From assembly GCF_006345805.1 (NCBI RefSeq), contig NC_042998.1:117242001-117306000 (forward strand): 64,000 nt of DNA. The letters run 5' to 3'. Below are positions 63,801 to 64,000 of this stretch, one piece after another. Source of the DNA: Octopus sinensis. Its lineage: Eukaryota. Positions within the stretch are counted from its first letter, which is position 1, and every line of letters begins with the position of its first letter. The notes under the pieces are model-generated. The model was not told the origin of the DNA, made no database searches, and saw only the letters and a list, made by a program, of their open reading frames with translations. A program made the position numbers and the translations under genes.

Positions 63801-64000
63801 TCTCTCTAACCCCGAAACGCGTTTACATCTCTCTAACCCCGAAACGCTTATACAGTTAATCAGAGTCGGATGTGAATAGTTATTTTTTCCTCTTTACCTG
63901 CAAGTGTTGTTGATTATTGCTGTCTGGGAGATATCATGTGGTAGTAGAATAGTATTGTAACTGCTATTTCTAAATGTTCAGTATGTGGTGAAATAAATTA

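Noticed and set aside
63793-63850. Short direct repeats that might suggest a CRISPR-like array
   Set aside because: Only two units, almost no spacer, eukaryotic context.

Overview
AT-rich, microsatellite-dense eukaryotic DNA made up almost entirely of transposable-element debris. The repeat families and (TA)n/(AAT)n density resemble octopus (coleoid cephalopod) genomes; this taxonomic call is an inference from recognised repeat motifs. Supported content: (i) at least nine copies or fragments of R4/Dong-like RLE non-LTR retrotransposons, mostly stacked in tandem and separated by (AAT)n, including one 499-codon open ORF and one doubly internally deleted derivative; (ii) several Penelope-like elements (RT, GIY-YIG) bounded by (TA)n, with terminal repeats carrying minimal hammerhead-ribozyme-like motifs; (iii) CR1-group and RTE LINEs, Tc1/mariner transposons, MITEs and tRNA-derived SINEs; (iv) an unusual number of fold-back inverted duplications, from 36 bp to about 870 bp per arm, mostly centred on microsatellites. 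No complete host gene, rRNA, genuine tRNA or CRISPR array is supported. A few low-confidence + strand exon candidates may belong to a long-intron host gene. TE boundaries without TIR or tail landmarks are approximate. Nothing here is demonstrably a new biological system; the best leads are the fold-back duplications, the deleted Dong derivative and the hammerhead motifs.
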